Shown: piece after piece, positions 12,210 to 23,390 of the stretch
How the letters are laid out: every line of letters begins with the position of its first letter
Numbering within the stretch: position 1 is the first letter of the stretch
Assembly (NCBI GenBank): GCA_964016885.1
Contig: OZ024741.1
Span: forward strand, 375,658,001-375,722,000
Direction: 5' to 3'
Source: Eledone cirrhosa
Lineage: Eukaryota
DNA length: 64,000 nucleotides
Position numbers and translations under genes: made by a program
Notes under the pieces: model-generated
Seen by the model: only the letters and a program-made list of their open reading frames with translations
Database searches by the model: none
Told to the model about the DNA's origin: nothing

Positions 12210-12475
12210 TGACTGGGTGATGTGTTGTGTCCTTGAGCAAGACACTTTAATTCATGTTGTTCCAGTTCACTCAGCTATAGAAATAAGTAGTGACGTCACT
12301 GGTGCTAAGCTGTATTGGCCTTTGTCTTTCCCTTGGAGAACATTGGTGGTGTGGAGAGGGGAGACTGGTATACCTGGGCGACTACTGGTCTTCCACAAAC
12401 AACCTTGCAGGGAACTTTCTAGGTGCAAATCTCATGGTCATTTGTGACCCCTTTACCCTATGTATATTTGTACAC
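12210..12475 (+). mobile_element. CORE-like SINE body lacking head
   Basis: gtgttgtgtccttgagcaagacactttaattca CORE-like block followed by a different 3' tail. Confidence 0.55.
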
Positions 12476-13029
12476 GCCTGGGATTGCTGAAGGTTTCAAG
12501 GATTGTTCAGATAAATGATGCTAGAAGAAGAAGATTGTATATTTTTGTATATTGTATTTATAAAATTCCATGAATTCTATGTTTATGTGAAACATCATAA
12601 TTATGAATTCTTGTTATCGATGCAAACGAAATAAAGTCATGAATATAATTTTAAAAACAAACATTTACTACTGTTAGGAATCAATACTAGTATTATCTAT
12701 AATATTAAATGCAATTTCTGTGCTTGTGTCAGCATGGCTTTCTGGCTTCAGCAAATATAAATCGTTATACATAACTATTAAAGTAAATAAACTGCAAAAT
12801 CAAATTTGTTTTTGCAAGTTTATGTAATTCTCCCCTTATTAAAGAAATGTTGTCTAGAAATTATGAGTGATTCACTACATTGTACACTCCTAGAATAGAA
12901 GTTGTCTAGTATCTGAGAGTCAGAATAAAAAACCAGTTTATTCTAAATTGGTATAGGTTCAAATCTCGAAATTGCTTCTCTGCTTAATTAGATTTGATCA
13001 TTCCTATATTGGATCTACAACTAGTAAAT

Positions 13030-13645
13030 TGCTCAAGTTATGGAGTTTGTATATCTCAGTCACAAACTATCATCAAACAACAATGGAATGGTTGCTGCAC
13101 AGTATCGCATTGCTCTAGGTTGGACACCTTTTAACAAGAACAAGGAAGCACTAACATCAAAACGAGTTTCCTATCATTTGACGGCTAAGATCTTCGATAC
13201 TTACAACCTACCAGTTGTGTTATATGGTTTTGACTGTGTTAATTGGATGACAAGGTCACTTCAGAAGCTCTCTACATTCCAGAACTACATCATGAGACTT
13301 ATGGCTGGCAAGCGGCTCAGGGACCGTATCTGTATCAGTGAGCTGCTCAACATTACCAAACTTAGACCAATTACATCAATTGTCAAGTCAAGAGTACTCA
13401 AACTATACGGTCATATAAAAAGATCAACTCGTGGTGTGAGTAGGTTATGTCTGGAGGGAAAGTTGGCTGGTAAGAGAAGCAGAGGCCGGCAGCCAAAACA
13501 GCAGCTTGATAATGTCAACCTATGGACTAGACTTGACCTTTGCTCTTTAAACTCTGCTGTTGGTGATTGAATTTTGTGGAGAAAAATATCTCATGTTGAT
13601 GTGCAGTCTGTAACTGGCGGAGTTTAGCATCAAAGTAGTAGTTTG
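13030..13645 (+). mobile_element. RTE-clade LINE 3' fragment (RT thumb region)
   Basis: ORF 13040-13570 has EFVYL...RIALGW..F.K, LPVVLYG, LKLYGHIKR...LEGKLAGKRSRGRQ, all typical RTE RT C-terminal motifs. Confidence 0.85.
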
Positions 13646-13916
13646 TAGGAAATAAATCATGATGCTCATCATCATGTTTACATCCACTTTTCTGTGTTTG
13701 CTTGGGTTGGATGGATCCTTCTCAGCACAAGAAGAAGAAGAAGAAGAAGAAGAAGAAGAAGAAGAAGAAGAAGAAGGTTTTGGGATAAATATAAACATAA
13801 TACTGAGGTAGTTTTAGGTGGTTTTGTTATCAAAGGGCTTAAAATGAATTCAAACTGTTCAAACCGTTGACTGTTTTTGAGCCAACATTAAACAATATTC
13901 TGCTTTCTATCTTCAG

Positions 13917-13994
13917 GTGTCAATCTCAGAACTGGCAAGAAAGGTATATTTCCATCAATGTATGCTACAGACCTCCACTTCTTAGAAGAAGATG
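13917..13994 (+). CDS. MAPK8IP1: JIP1-like exon: C-terminal end of SH3 domain
   Basis: Acceptor ttctatcttcag, donor gtaaga. 78 nt, phase 1-1. Translates (G)VNLRTGKKGIFPSMYATDLHFLEED, with the SH3 GxFP.xY signature matching JIP1 NMRTGARGVFPAYYA. Confidence 0.9.
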
Positions 13995-14029
13995 GTAAGA
14001 ATTGACTTATATCCTTTTTTCTTATTATT

Positions 14030-14745
14030 CAAATCTGGCTGAGTTGATCTTTGCCTTTCATCCTTTCAAGGTTGATAAAATAAGTACCAGTAAAGTACTG
14101 GGGTTGATGAAATTGACTTTCCCCTCCCTTCAAAAATATCTGGCCTTGTTTAAATTAGAAATCATTATTTCTTGTTTCAAGGGCGGTGGATTGTCAGAAT
14201 CAGTAATGCATCGGACAATATGTATTGCGGCATAGAGTTATGTTCCTTTACATTCTGAGTTCAAATCACACCAAGGTTAGCTTTGCCTTTCATCCTACTG
14301 AGGTTGATAAAATAAGTACCAGTAAAATGATGGGGTTGATGTAATTGACTTCCCCTCCCTTAAAAAATTGCTAGCCTTGTTCAGAAATTAGAAATCATTA
14401 TTTCTTCTTATCTAGGGCGGTGAATTGGCAGTATCGGTAGAGGGCTGGACGCCATGCTTTCTAGCATAGTTACGTCCCTTTACAGTCTGAGTTCAAATCC
14501 TGCCAAGGTTAACTTTGCCTTTCATCCTTACGGGGTCGATAAAATAAAGTACTAGTAATGTACTGGGTACTTGCTGGCCTTGTGCCTAAAGTAGAAACAA
14601 TTATTTCTTCTTATCTATGACCTGAGTTCAAATCTCACCAAGGTCAATGAAATAAGTACCCACAAAATACTGAGATTGATATAATTGACTTTCCTCTTTG
14701 CACAAATTGCTGGCCTTGTGCCTAAATTAGAAATTATTGTTGCTT
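14030..14745 (+). mobile_element. Head-to-tail cluster of about four Meta-domain-like SINE copies
   Basis: Repeated ctgagttcaaatc...ctttgcctttcatcct...gataaaataagtaccag...gctggccttgt...agaaa units at ~14030, ~14180, ~14415 and ~14620. Confidence 0.8.
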
Positions 14746-14952
14746 GTTATCAATTAGATTTGTACATTACAAAGAATTCTTTGCTTACACCTCACTGTTT
14801 TAAGACAGTTGTTTTACTAAGCCTGTTATGGAGCCTCCTGCTTTAGCAAAGAAAATTATCTTAAAACACCACAGATATATATATATATATATAAAAAAAA
14901 ATGTTCACTCTACATGGCTGAATGTTTCACTAGCTCTGGCAGTTGGCAGGTG

Positions 14953-15012
14953 AACAGTGAGCTGTACTGATGAAGGGTGATACCCAGTAACATTAGTGTC
15001 TGCAGTTCTGTT
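14953..15012 (+). ncRNA. Decayed minimal type I hammerhead
   Basis: Stem I gagctgta/tgcagttc, CTGATGA (14967-14973), stem II GGGT-gat-ACCC, GTAA in place of GAAA, near-palindromic stem III ACATTAGTGT, GTC site. Confidence 0.6.
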
Positions 15013-15121
15013 TACATGCCAACACAAGAGCAAGATTGAAGGGTTAATTCTACTGACATGGCTATAAAAATGAGGCTTGTTTGTATAATTGCAAACGAAT
15101 CGAATGTTATTATTAATATAT

Positions 15122-15312
15122 GGTGGGGAATTGGCAGTATCGGTAGAGGGTCGGATGCCATGCTTTGATGCATAGAGTTACGGCCCTTGCCATTCTGAGT
15201 TCAAATCCCGCTGAGGTTAACTTTGCCTTTCATCCTTACGGAGTCGATAAAATAAAGTACCAGTAATGTACTGGGTAATTGCTGGCCTTGTGCCAATAGT
15301 AGAAACAATTAT
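15122..15312 (+). mobile_element. Meta-domain-like SINE
   Basis: ggtggggaattggcagtatcggtagag...gagttcaaatccc...gcctttcatccttacggagtcgataaaataaagtaccag. Confidence 0.8.
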
Positions 15313-15393
15313 TAATATTCAAAAAGCTCAGATTACATTTATTATATACCCTTGCAAGCAGGGAAAAAGCGGACGTAAAATGAAATGAAAATG

Positions 15394-15467
<74 letters not shown>

Positions 15468-15728
15468 AGGAGAAAGAGGGAGCGAGAGATAGAGAGAGTC
15501 ATTTGGCAGTATTGTTAGAGCATCATAAAACTGTTATGCAGTAATTATTCCAGGTCTATTATGCATTCTGAGTTCAAAATATATGATATAAGGAAGATTT
15601 GGTTGTTATTTGTAGCAGGTAGAGAAGGTGACCACATAGAGTTAGCTTCATTTCTCTGAATATTATTATGTTTGTCATGATTTTTCTCCAATGTATGATA
15701 CATTTCTTCTTCCTTCATGTCTCTGCAG

Positions 15729-15826
15729 ATGATGACAGCTGTAAGAAGTTCCAGGTGAAATTTCTTGGCTCACTGGAAGTGAATTGTCACAAAGGAACAG
15801 AAGTGTTATGTCAAGCTATAAATAAA
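15729..15826 (+). CDS. MAPK8IP1: JIP1-like exon: start of PTB/PID domain
   Basis: Acceptor ctctgcag, donor gtaagt. 98 nt. Translates DDDSCKKFQVKFLGSLEVNCHKGTEVLCQAINK (PID FxVKFLGSxEV...KG..VLC.A motif), in phase with the previous exon. Confidence 0.93.
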
Positions 15827-16103
15827 GTAAGTTAATGTCAGTGTCATCTTCATCATCACCATCATCATCATCATCATCATCATCATCATAACTATCACCA
15901 ACATCCAATCCTCTTTATTACAGCCACCACTGCCACTACCTCCATCACAACTACCAACACCTCCCCAACCACCATCACCACCAACAACCACCACATAAGC
16001 ACCAAATGTGTGTGTATATATATATATATAATGATGATGATGATGATTAGTGTCCTTTCACATCCATTTTCCCTGCTAGCAATATATATATATATATTCC
16101 AAA

Positions 16104-16142
16104 CTTTCCTGAAGAAGGAATTCTGTTCAAAATGTTGGAGCT
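16104..16142 (+). ncRNA. Strongly decayed hammerhead-like motif next to (TA)n
   Basis: tttc-CTGAAGA-AGGAA ttctg TTC-AAAA TGTT-ggag. The GAAA box is mutated. Confidence 0.35.
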
Positions 16143-16173
16143 TCTTCCACTTCCACCAAGCATAAACCTAATA

Positions 16174-16592
16174 TCTCTCTCTATATAAAATTCTTTGTCT
16201 CTCCGTCTGTCTTTTCCTTATGTATTCCCAAATGGCTCGACCAAATCAAATCAAATTTTACAAGGTAATAATAGTATTAGACCCCAGAAATGACAACATA
16301 TAATTTTTATTTTCATTTGGATTAAAGCAATATAACACTTTATCTAAAATAATCTATTATATACAACAATAAGTAAATGGATATTTTATAACACAATGAT
16401 GATGTCACAGTTATAGTAGGTTACATACACACACATCTTCACATAAATACTTAATCAGATACACAGACAAGAGAATTAAACACACATATACATATACATA
16501 AATGTTTCGTGGCCAGTGTCTCGATTTAAATGCTGGTTTACACACACACAAACACATGCACGCGCGCACGCACGCGCGCACGCACGCACACA

Positions 16593-16684
<92 letters not shown>

Positions 16685-17181
16685 GAACCCGCTACTTGTA
16701 TGCAATGACACATTTTACAGTCAGGCAGATGAGGATCCATCTCCTAGAGGTCACTATTCTTAGAGGCAATCATCAAGGAGAAAATGCATTTATTCTAAAT
16801 ATTCCTCTTATCCCTTCCTCTGCCAAGCTGCCATTCAAATTCTCAATACTTCAGTTCCCTGTTAGAGCTAGTTTTGCTATGACCATACATAAAGCTCAGG
16901 CTCAAAGTCTTAAAGTTGTAGAATTGAATACAAGAGAATCACTTTTTACCCATGGACAGTTATATGTAGGTTGTTCATGAGTGGGAACACCTAGAAATCT
17001 TCATATACTATATATGAACGATAAAACGAAGAATTTGGAAGATTTTTTACTGTTTTTTTGTTTTGTCACACACACCACGGTCTCACTTTAAGCCAGACAG
17101 ACATCCAATATAGTCATTTTCTCTTCTACCTGTCTTCTCTTATCATCTGGTTACCCGGGCAAAGCTGGGTACATCAGCTAG
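16174..17181 (+). mobile_element. Non-autonomous Helitron with PIF1 helicase remnant
   Basis: 5' A|TC. Helicase C-terminal motifs QFPVRASFAMTIHKAQAQSL and FTHGQLYVGCS (16715-16980). 3' hairpin TACCCGG-gcaaag-CTGGGTA followed by CTAG|T (17178-17182). Confidence 0.85.
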
Positions 17182-17253
17182 TAACTGTATAAAATTGCCT
17201 CCTGTGTTTTGTTTGTTTCATTTATTAACTATACACACACACACACACCACAC

Positions 17254-17308
<55 letters not shown>

Positions 17309-17553
17309 AGTATGTGCGGACTACATTATGGTCTGTCTATAAATGAAACAAAACAGACACAGGGATGCAAAAATACAAAGTCATATTAGGTTCATGCTTT
17401 GAGGGAGTATGGCAAGTATAATTGTGTATGTATAAGTATATTAGTGTGTATGCATGTGGGTGTGTGTATGTGGGTGTAAGTGTGTATGTATTCACAGTTC
17501 TTTCCTTCCTGAATGTAAATATGGTCCCTTTATTCACTATTCTATCATTGCAG

Positions 17554-17658
17554 GTGGCATTAACTAGGAGGAAAACATTGTCATCAACTCCTCCACCAAA
17601 TTGCTGCTTAGAAATCAGTGATTATGGTATTCGCATGATAGACAAAAGTAAATCTGTG
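17554..17658 (+). CDS. MAPK8IP1: JIP1-like exon: PID domain
   Basis: Acceptor cattgcag, donor gtatgt. 105 nt, phase 0-0. Translates VALTRRKTLSSTPPPNCCLEISDYGIRMIDKSKSV. Confidence 0.92.
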
Positions 17659-17785
17659 GTATGTTGTCTTTTTGTCTTTTTAATTGCTTATGTTACATTG
17701 ACAAACACAATGGACGTTTAACTGTGAGGTGGTGAATTGGCAGCATCCATAATGCAACATATTAAATGTTTCAGAATTTGTTCTA

Positions 17786-17982
17786 TGAGGGTAGGCTGAA
17801 AAGTTCATAGGTTGACCAAGATGCTCTCATGGAATGACAAAATGAGGTTTATTTTTCAACTTGGTCCCTGGAAAGAAACAATGCAGTTATTAATGAGAAG
17901 AGTTGAATTTCTACATGTGAGATTTCACAGCCTTAACATCACTCCTTCATAATCAGGCTATGAACTTTTCAGCCAACCCTCA
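17786..17982. mobile_element. Mariner-type MITE in JIP1 intron
   Basis: TIRs TGAGGGTAGGCTGAAAAGTTCATAG / CTATGAACTTTTCAGCCAACCCTCA with TA duplication. Confidence 0.9.
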
Positions 17983-18101
17983 TACATACATACACACACA
18001 TACACGCATGCACATACATATACATACACATGTATACACATACACACACACAATATGAGATACTATAGTTATAGCAATGCCATATCACTATATATTTTCA
18101 G

Positions 18102-18181
18102 CACGAAAGTGATGCTAATTTTTCAAACTTCTTCGCCCTCAAAAATATCTCCTACTGTGGATATCATCCAAGAAATGAAAA
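18102..18181 (+). CDS. MAPK8IP1: JIP1-like exon: PID domain
   Basis: Acceptor attttcag, donor gtgagt. 80 nt. Translates HESDANFSNFFALKNISYCGYHPRNE(N), matching the JIP1 FFxLKNISFCGxHP motif. Confidence 0.93.
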
Positions 18182-18192
18182 GTGAGTAGATT

Positions 18193-18279
<87 letters not shown>

Positions 18280-18453
18280 GTATAAAAAAAAATTTGTTTT
18301 CGCTCTTAACATGGTGGATACCTAAATTATAATATTATAATAGTATCATACCATTAGTGATATTTGGTTTGTTTGCTAGCAAATAGCCTCATAAAACACC
18401 ATGTGGTAGATGACTAATCGTCATCCTTTTGTTCCAGCAGTAGCTGAGAGAAA

Positions 18454-18498
18454 ACAATCGACAATTGTTTTTGAGTTATTGCTCCTTATCAAGATTGT
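18454..18498 (-). ncRNA. Decayed minimal type I hammerhead with palindromic stem III
   Basis: The minus strand reads ACAATC-TTGATAA-GGAG caataa CTC-AAAAA-CAATT-GTC-GATTGT. Stems I, II and III are intact but the core boxes are mutated. Confidence 0.55.
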
Positions 18499-18687
18499 GT
18501 ATTCTCTCGTCTCTGCTACCTGTTGGAACTGCTGAGAATACATAGTATTCTTAAATGTATACATTGACTGATTAGCCTTATTTGCACACTGAGCAATTTT
18601 ACTGCTGGCTTTGCTAAAGAAGCAAAATTTGATTTTGCTGTTAACAGGGTGGATACCTAAATGTATTTGTGAGTGAATAATAATAAT

Positions 18688-18867
18688 TGTTTCTACTTTT
18701 GGCACAAGGCCAGCAATTACCCAGTGCATTTCTGGTATTTTATTTTATCGACCCCATAAGGATGAAAGGCAAAGTTAACCTCGGCGGGATTTGAACTCAG
18801 TTCGTAAAGGGACGTAACTGTGCTGCAAAGCATGGCGTCTGACCCTCTACCAATATTGCCAATCCAC
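18688..18867 (-). mobile_element. Meta-domain-like SINE with ~20-bp target-site duplication
   Basis: Reverse complement of the 15122-type SINE. TGTGAGTGAATAATAATAAT occurs at 18668-18687 and 18868-18887. Confidence 0.88.
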
Positions 18868-18905
18868 TGTGAGTGAATAATAATAATGTTATAATAATAT
18901 CATAA

Positions 18906-19092
18906 TGGTGGATTGGCAGCATTGGTAGAGGGTCGGACACCATGCTTTCCGGCATAGTTACATCCCTTTATGGTCTGAGTTCCAATCCCGCCGAGGTTAA
19001 CTTTTCCTTTCATTCTTACGGGGTCGATAAAATAAAGTACCAGTAATGCACTGGGTAATTGCTGGCCTTGTGCCAAAAGTAGAAACAATTAT
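18906..19092 (+). mobile_element. Meta-domain-like SINE (inverted partner of 18688-18867)
   Basis: Full-length copy starting about 40 nt from the opposite-orientation copy. Confidence 0.88.
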
Positions 19093-19200
19093 AATAATAT
19101 AATATTATTAATATTCGGTTAGTTTGCAATCAAACAGCATCATAAAACACCACGTGGTAATGACTAATCGTCATCCTTTTCTACTGCTGGAACAATATCT

Positions 19201-20140
19201 ATTTTTCCATGCTAGCATGGGTTAGATCAGCTGTCTTGTTGTGAGGCATGCCAGAGAGGTGCAATTGTGCAAGGTCAGCTTTTATTATCTCATCCCATGT
19301 CTTCCCAGCTCTTCCTACTCCATAGCTTCCATCAACTTTGAGCGCCTTGCTCCTTTTTATACAGCAGTCAGCTGGCATATGCATCACATGTTCATACAAA
19401 TGCAATCTCCTCTCCTGCACATTGCATCTAATCCCTCTTAAACCCACTTTCTCTCTCAGTTCATTTAAGCATTACCATTCACATGTATTACTATTACAAA
19501 TCCATTGAAACATGGCAATTTCATTTCTTTCCAATCTTCACAGGTCTTCTCCATGCAGCACCCAGTTCTCATTGCCATGCAACATACATGCATCATATAA
19601 TCTGCCCTTCATTTTGAGGAAAAAACCTTTTGTAGTTAGCAGCCGTAGTAGGTCCATGAACTTTCTCAAAACCATTCTCACTCTGGCTACTGTGCTTTCA
19701 GAACACCCTCCTCCATTGCTAATTTGGTCACCCAAGTAACAGAAACTATCAACTGCTTCTAAAGAGCCCTCTGGGCATCTGAAGAAGCTAGTATCCTGTG
19801 GGAATTTGCTACTTACTGCACTTGTGCATTGGTCACATGTCAAATCAACATTCTTTGTTAGCCTTCCTGAGATCCCACCACAACTTTTGTGCACCCATAG
19901 TTTGCATTTGGGATATAGGATGGAATTTCTAACTCCTTTCCTACACACTGAGCATGGCCATTTCCCAGAGGGCACCTGTGCCTTGTTTTCATTTCTATAT
20001 ACTAGGACTTTAGTCTTTGACATGTTAACTTTAAGCCCTTTTGATTCTAGGTCATGCTTCCAAGTTGGGAATTTCTTCTCTAGTTCTGCCATAGATTCTT
20101 GCAATTGATGTTCAGACTGGACATTGGCCATGTCAGCTGC
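19201..20140 (-). mobile_element. RTE-clade LINE fragment with Cys-rich zinc finger inside the RT C-terminal region
   Basis: WKHDLESKGLKVNMSKTKVL..WPCSVCRKGV..NSI..KCKLWVHKSC.GI.G....TCDQC...LEAVDSFCYLGD..., then a frameshifted GRAGKTWDE and an RTE tail. Confidence 0.9.
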
Positions 20141-20730
20141 CCTCCCTTGGACACTGAAATGAAACTCAGAACCTCATGATTGTGAAGCAAACTTCTTAAA
20201 CACTCAGCCATGCTAGCATCCATAGAGGACAAATAATATTATGTCTATTATATTCTATTGAGGACATATCATACAGCAACAGCTACACTAAAGCATGAAC
20301 AAGAGATCATGGGTTCCAGTACGACAAAATACTCACATTTTTATCCTCTTTCATATTGAATCTGTTACACTGAATGGCATTGATACCCCAGCTCTCTGCC
20401 TTAATTTCCAATGGTGTATCCTCAAATTTACTGTGATATGCTTATTCCAAAACTCTTCCTTAAAGGTATTGTGAATTAGAATGTCCATCCTGAATGTTCT
20501 GAAGCATGTCCCCTCTAAGCACCAAATCCTGGTCTGTTTCATATATGATTCATTTTCTTCTCCTTTACACTTTTATACCCATCATATAATTGTTTTATTG
20601 TTCATATTTCATCTACATATACACTTTCACTTATATACTCATGCTTTATTTAAATTCAGACATATATTTACCAATTAAACATAGATTAGTATTCCATCAT
20701 TAAATTTATATTCTGTTTGTATTGTTTCAG

Positions 20731-20829
20731 TTATTTTGCCTTCATCACGAAGCATCCAAGAGAATATAGGTTCGCTTGTCATGTTTTTCTTGGAGACCAT
20801 TCCACTCGTAGTATATCAGAAGCTTTAGG
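20731..20829 (+). CDS. MAPK8IP1: JIP1-like exon: PID domain
   Basis: Acceptor tgtttcag, donor gtaagt. 99 nt, phase 2-2. Translates YFAFITKHPREYRFACHVFLGDHSTRSISEAL(G), matching JIP1 YFGFITKHP...RFACHVF. Confidence 0.94.
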
Positions 20830-20880
20830 GTAAGTATTTATTATCTCTTTTTGTAAGTTTATGTGAGTGTGTATGTAAGT

Positions 20881-21225
20881 AAGGCAGCAAATTGGCAGAG
20901 TCGTTACAATGTTGGGTAGAATGCTTTGCTGTATTCATGCCAACTCTCTGTTCTCCAAGTTAAAATCCCACTGAGGTCAACTTTGTCTTTCATCCTTTGA
21001 AGGTTGATAAAAAAAGTACCAGTCAAGTACTGGGTTTGATTCTTCCTCTATATCTCTTTCTCACTTTCATTCTCTCACTCTCTATTATTTGGAAGAAATC
21101 TACTGAGTTTAAAACTGGAGAGGAGATGGGCTCCACCAGGTTTAAAAAGAATAAAAAAGCCCTAGAAATGCTGTATGTCAATACGGCACCCCTATGTCTC
21201 CCTCAGGATTTACAGGACTATAGAG
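20881..21225 (+). mobile_element. Meta-domain-like SINE with extended alternative 3' region
   Basis: SINE head and Meta block followed by ...ggagagg..ctccaccaggtttaaa..gccctagaaa.gctgtatgtcaata.ggcacc. The same extension occurs at ~43740-43970, 48320-48640 and 62850-63170. Confidence 0.65.
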
Positions 21226-21939
21226 ATAGAGAGTGTATGTAAGTAAGTATCTGTGTAGGGGTTTAGTCATGGTTTAATTATGGATCCATGCACACACACA
21301 TCATACATATAAAGCATACATCTAATATGCAGCACCTTCCCCTGCCTTCCCCACCCTCCCCCATCTTCCCCCTTCCATACTTTCCATGTCCTAACACCCC
21401 ACCCTAGATCTACCTCTCCAATTCCTATGAACTTCCTCCACCTCAGCTCCCAGTTCACACTGTAAAATAGTCGTTTTTGTGCCAAGACAAAAAGTGCTCA
21501 GTCCACACTGCAAATATGGAAACTACAAATGGAGGACTGTTTAGTTTTATAGGGAACAAGGCAACCTCTTTAGGGATAGTACCCCAATAAAATGCAAGTA
21601 GTGGACTCTGTATAGTTGTTGGTGATTAAAGTAAGGAGAAGACTTTAGTCATGTGAAGAACATGATAGCCCCTTTAATGCTGGTGCTGCAAGAAAATGTA
21701 TCCCTGACACTATGTAAGGTAGTTGGTGTTAAGAAGTGCATACAGTCTTAGAAGTATGCTAAACATGGACTGTATGTGACAAATGTGACAAAAAATGTGA
21801 CAAAAAATGTTGAAGTCTTTCACTTTTATATTGAAAGAGGTTAAAGACCAAAACACTTGCTTGAGGGGAGGGGGGTTCTTCTCTGAAGACCTGCTGTCCA
21901 GCTCTCCTGAGAGTTTCTTACCACTTGAAGAGTTTAACA

Positions 21940-21966
21940 TGCATGCAGACACACACACACACACAT

Positions 21967-22007
<41 letters not shown>

Positions 22008-22335
22008 TACACACATACACACACACTCACACACACACACTGACACACACATACACACGCACACACACAGCCACAGACACACTCCTACACACAGACACAC
22101 ACATACACACGCACACACACACACATAGATTCACAGACACAGGCGCAGACACAGACTCACGCATTCACACACACACACATACACATAGACACATACAGAC
22201 ACAGACACACACACACACACAGGAACACACACACACAACACAACACACACCACACTGACACATACACACACACAGACACTGACACAGGCACACTCACTCA
22301 CACACAGACACATACACACACACACACACAAACCA
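21940..22335. repeat. Imperfect (CA)n microsatellite
   Basis: Direct reading. Confidence 0.9.
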
Positions 22336-22484
22336 CTCACCTGAGACATTGCATTTTTCAAGGTGGTGCCCTAGCATGGCCACAGCCCTAATGACTGAAA
22401 CCAGAACAAAAAAAAAAAAGACCCATAAAACTAAAAGATTAAAAGAACATGTATGTATATGTTATCTTTAATTTTATTTTTCAG

Positions 22485-22557
22485 ACTTGCCTTCAAAAGG
22501 TTTTCCAGAGAATACATGGCTTTTACTCACCCCACTGAAGATATCTATCTTGAATGA
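22485..22557 (+). CDS. MAPK8IP1: JIP1-like terminal coding exon with kinesin light chain-binding tail
   Basis: Acceptor ttttttcag. Translates LAFKRFSREYMAFTHPTEDIYLE* (TGA 22555-22557). PTEDIYLE is the diagnostic JIP1 C-terminus. Confidence 0.95.
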
Positions 22558-22613
22558 CTAGCATTAACAACCCTGATCTACCATACTGTGCAGCAAATGC
22601 AGAAGGTGCAACA

Positions 22614-22619
22614 AATAAA
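22614..22619 (+). promoter_or_regulatory. Candidate proximal polyadenylation signal of JIP1
   Basis: AATAAA about 57 nt after the stop codon. The true 3' UTR may be much longer. Confidence 0.3.
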
Positions 22620-22814
22620 GCATGATGCAACCACTATGTGCAGCTATCAAATATCGTTGCTGTTGGCTTCACTGACTGCAACACTCTATGTGATTTTACC
22701 TCATGCTCTCCCCTACCACAATGTGGACTGTCATGCTGCGTGTGTGTATACAACTATATGTATTTAGATGTGTGCGTGTAAGTATGTGTGTATACACACA
22801 TACGCACGCACACA

Positions 22815-22869
22815 CATATATATAATATGTATAGATATATTATATATATATATATATATATATAATAAT

Positions 22870-22942
<73 letters not shown>

Positions 22943-22944
22943 AT

Positions 22945-23027
<83 letters not shown>

Positions 23028-23390
23028 TATGTACATACATACATGCATATATATATATATATATATATATATGGGTGTGTGTGGGGTGTGTGGATGTGTT
23101 TGTGTGTATGAACATGTGTATGTATGTATGTGTGTGTATATATATATTTAAAAATATATATGTATAATTATATGAATGTATAAATGCATGAGATGTGCAT
23201 ATATTTTCACACCTACCTAACTTCAACCTACTTACCTACCTACCAACCCACCTATGTACCTACATGTCTACATATGTATCTGTCTATTTATTATATTAAT
23301 ATATATATATATATCAATATATATATATATATCAATATATATATATATCAATATATATATATATATCAATATATATATATATCAATATAA
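22815..23390. repeat. (TA)n-rich microsatellite complex
   Basis: Direct reading. Confidence 0.9.
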
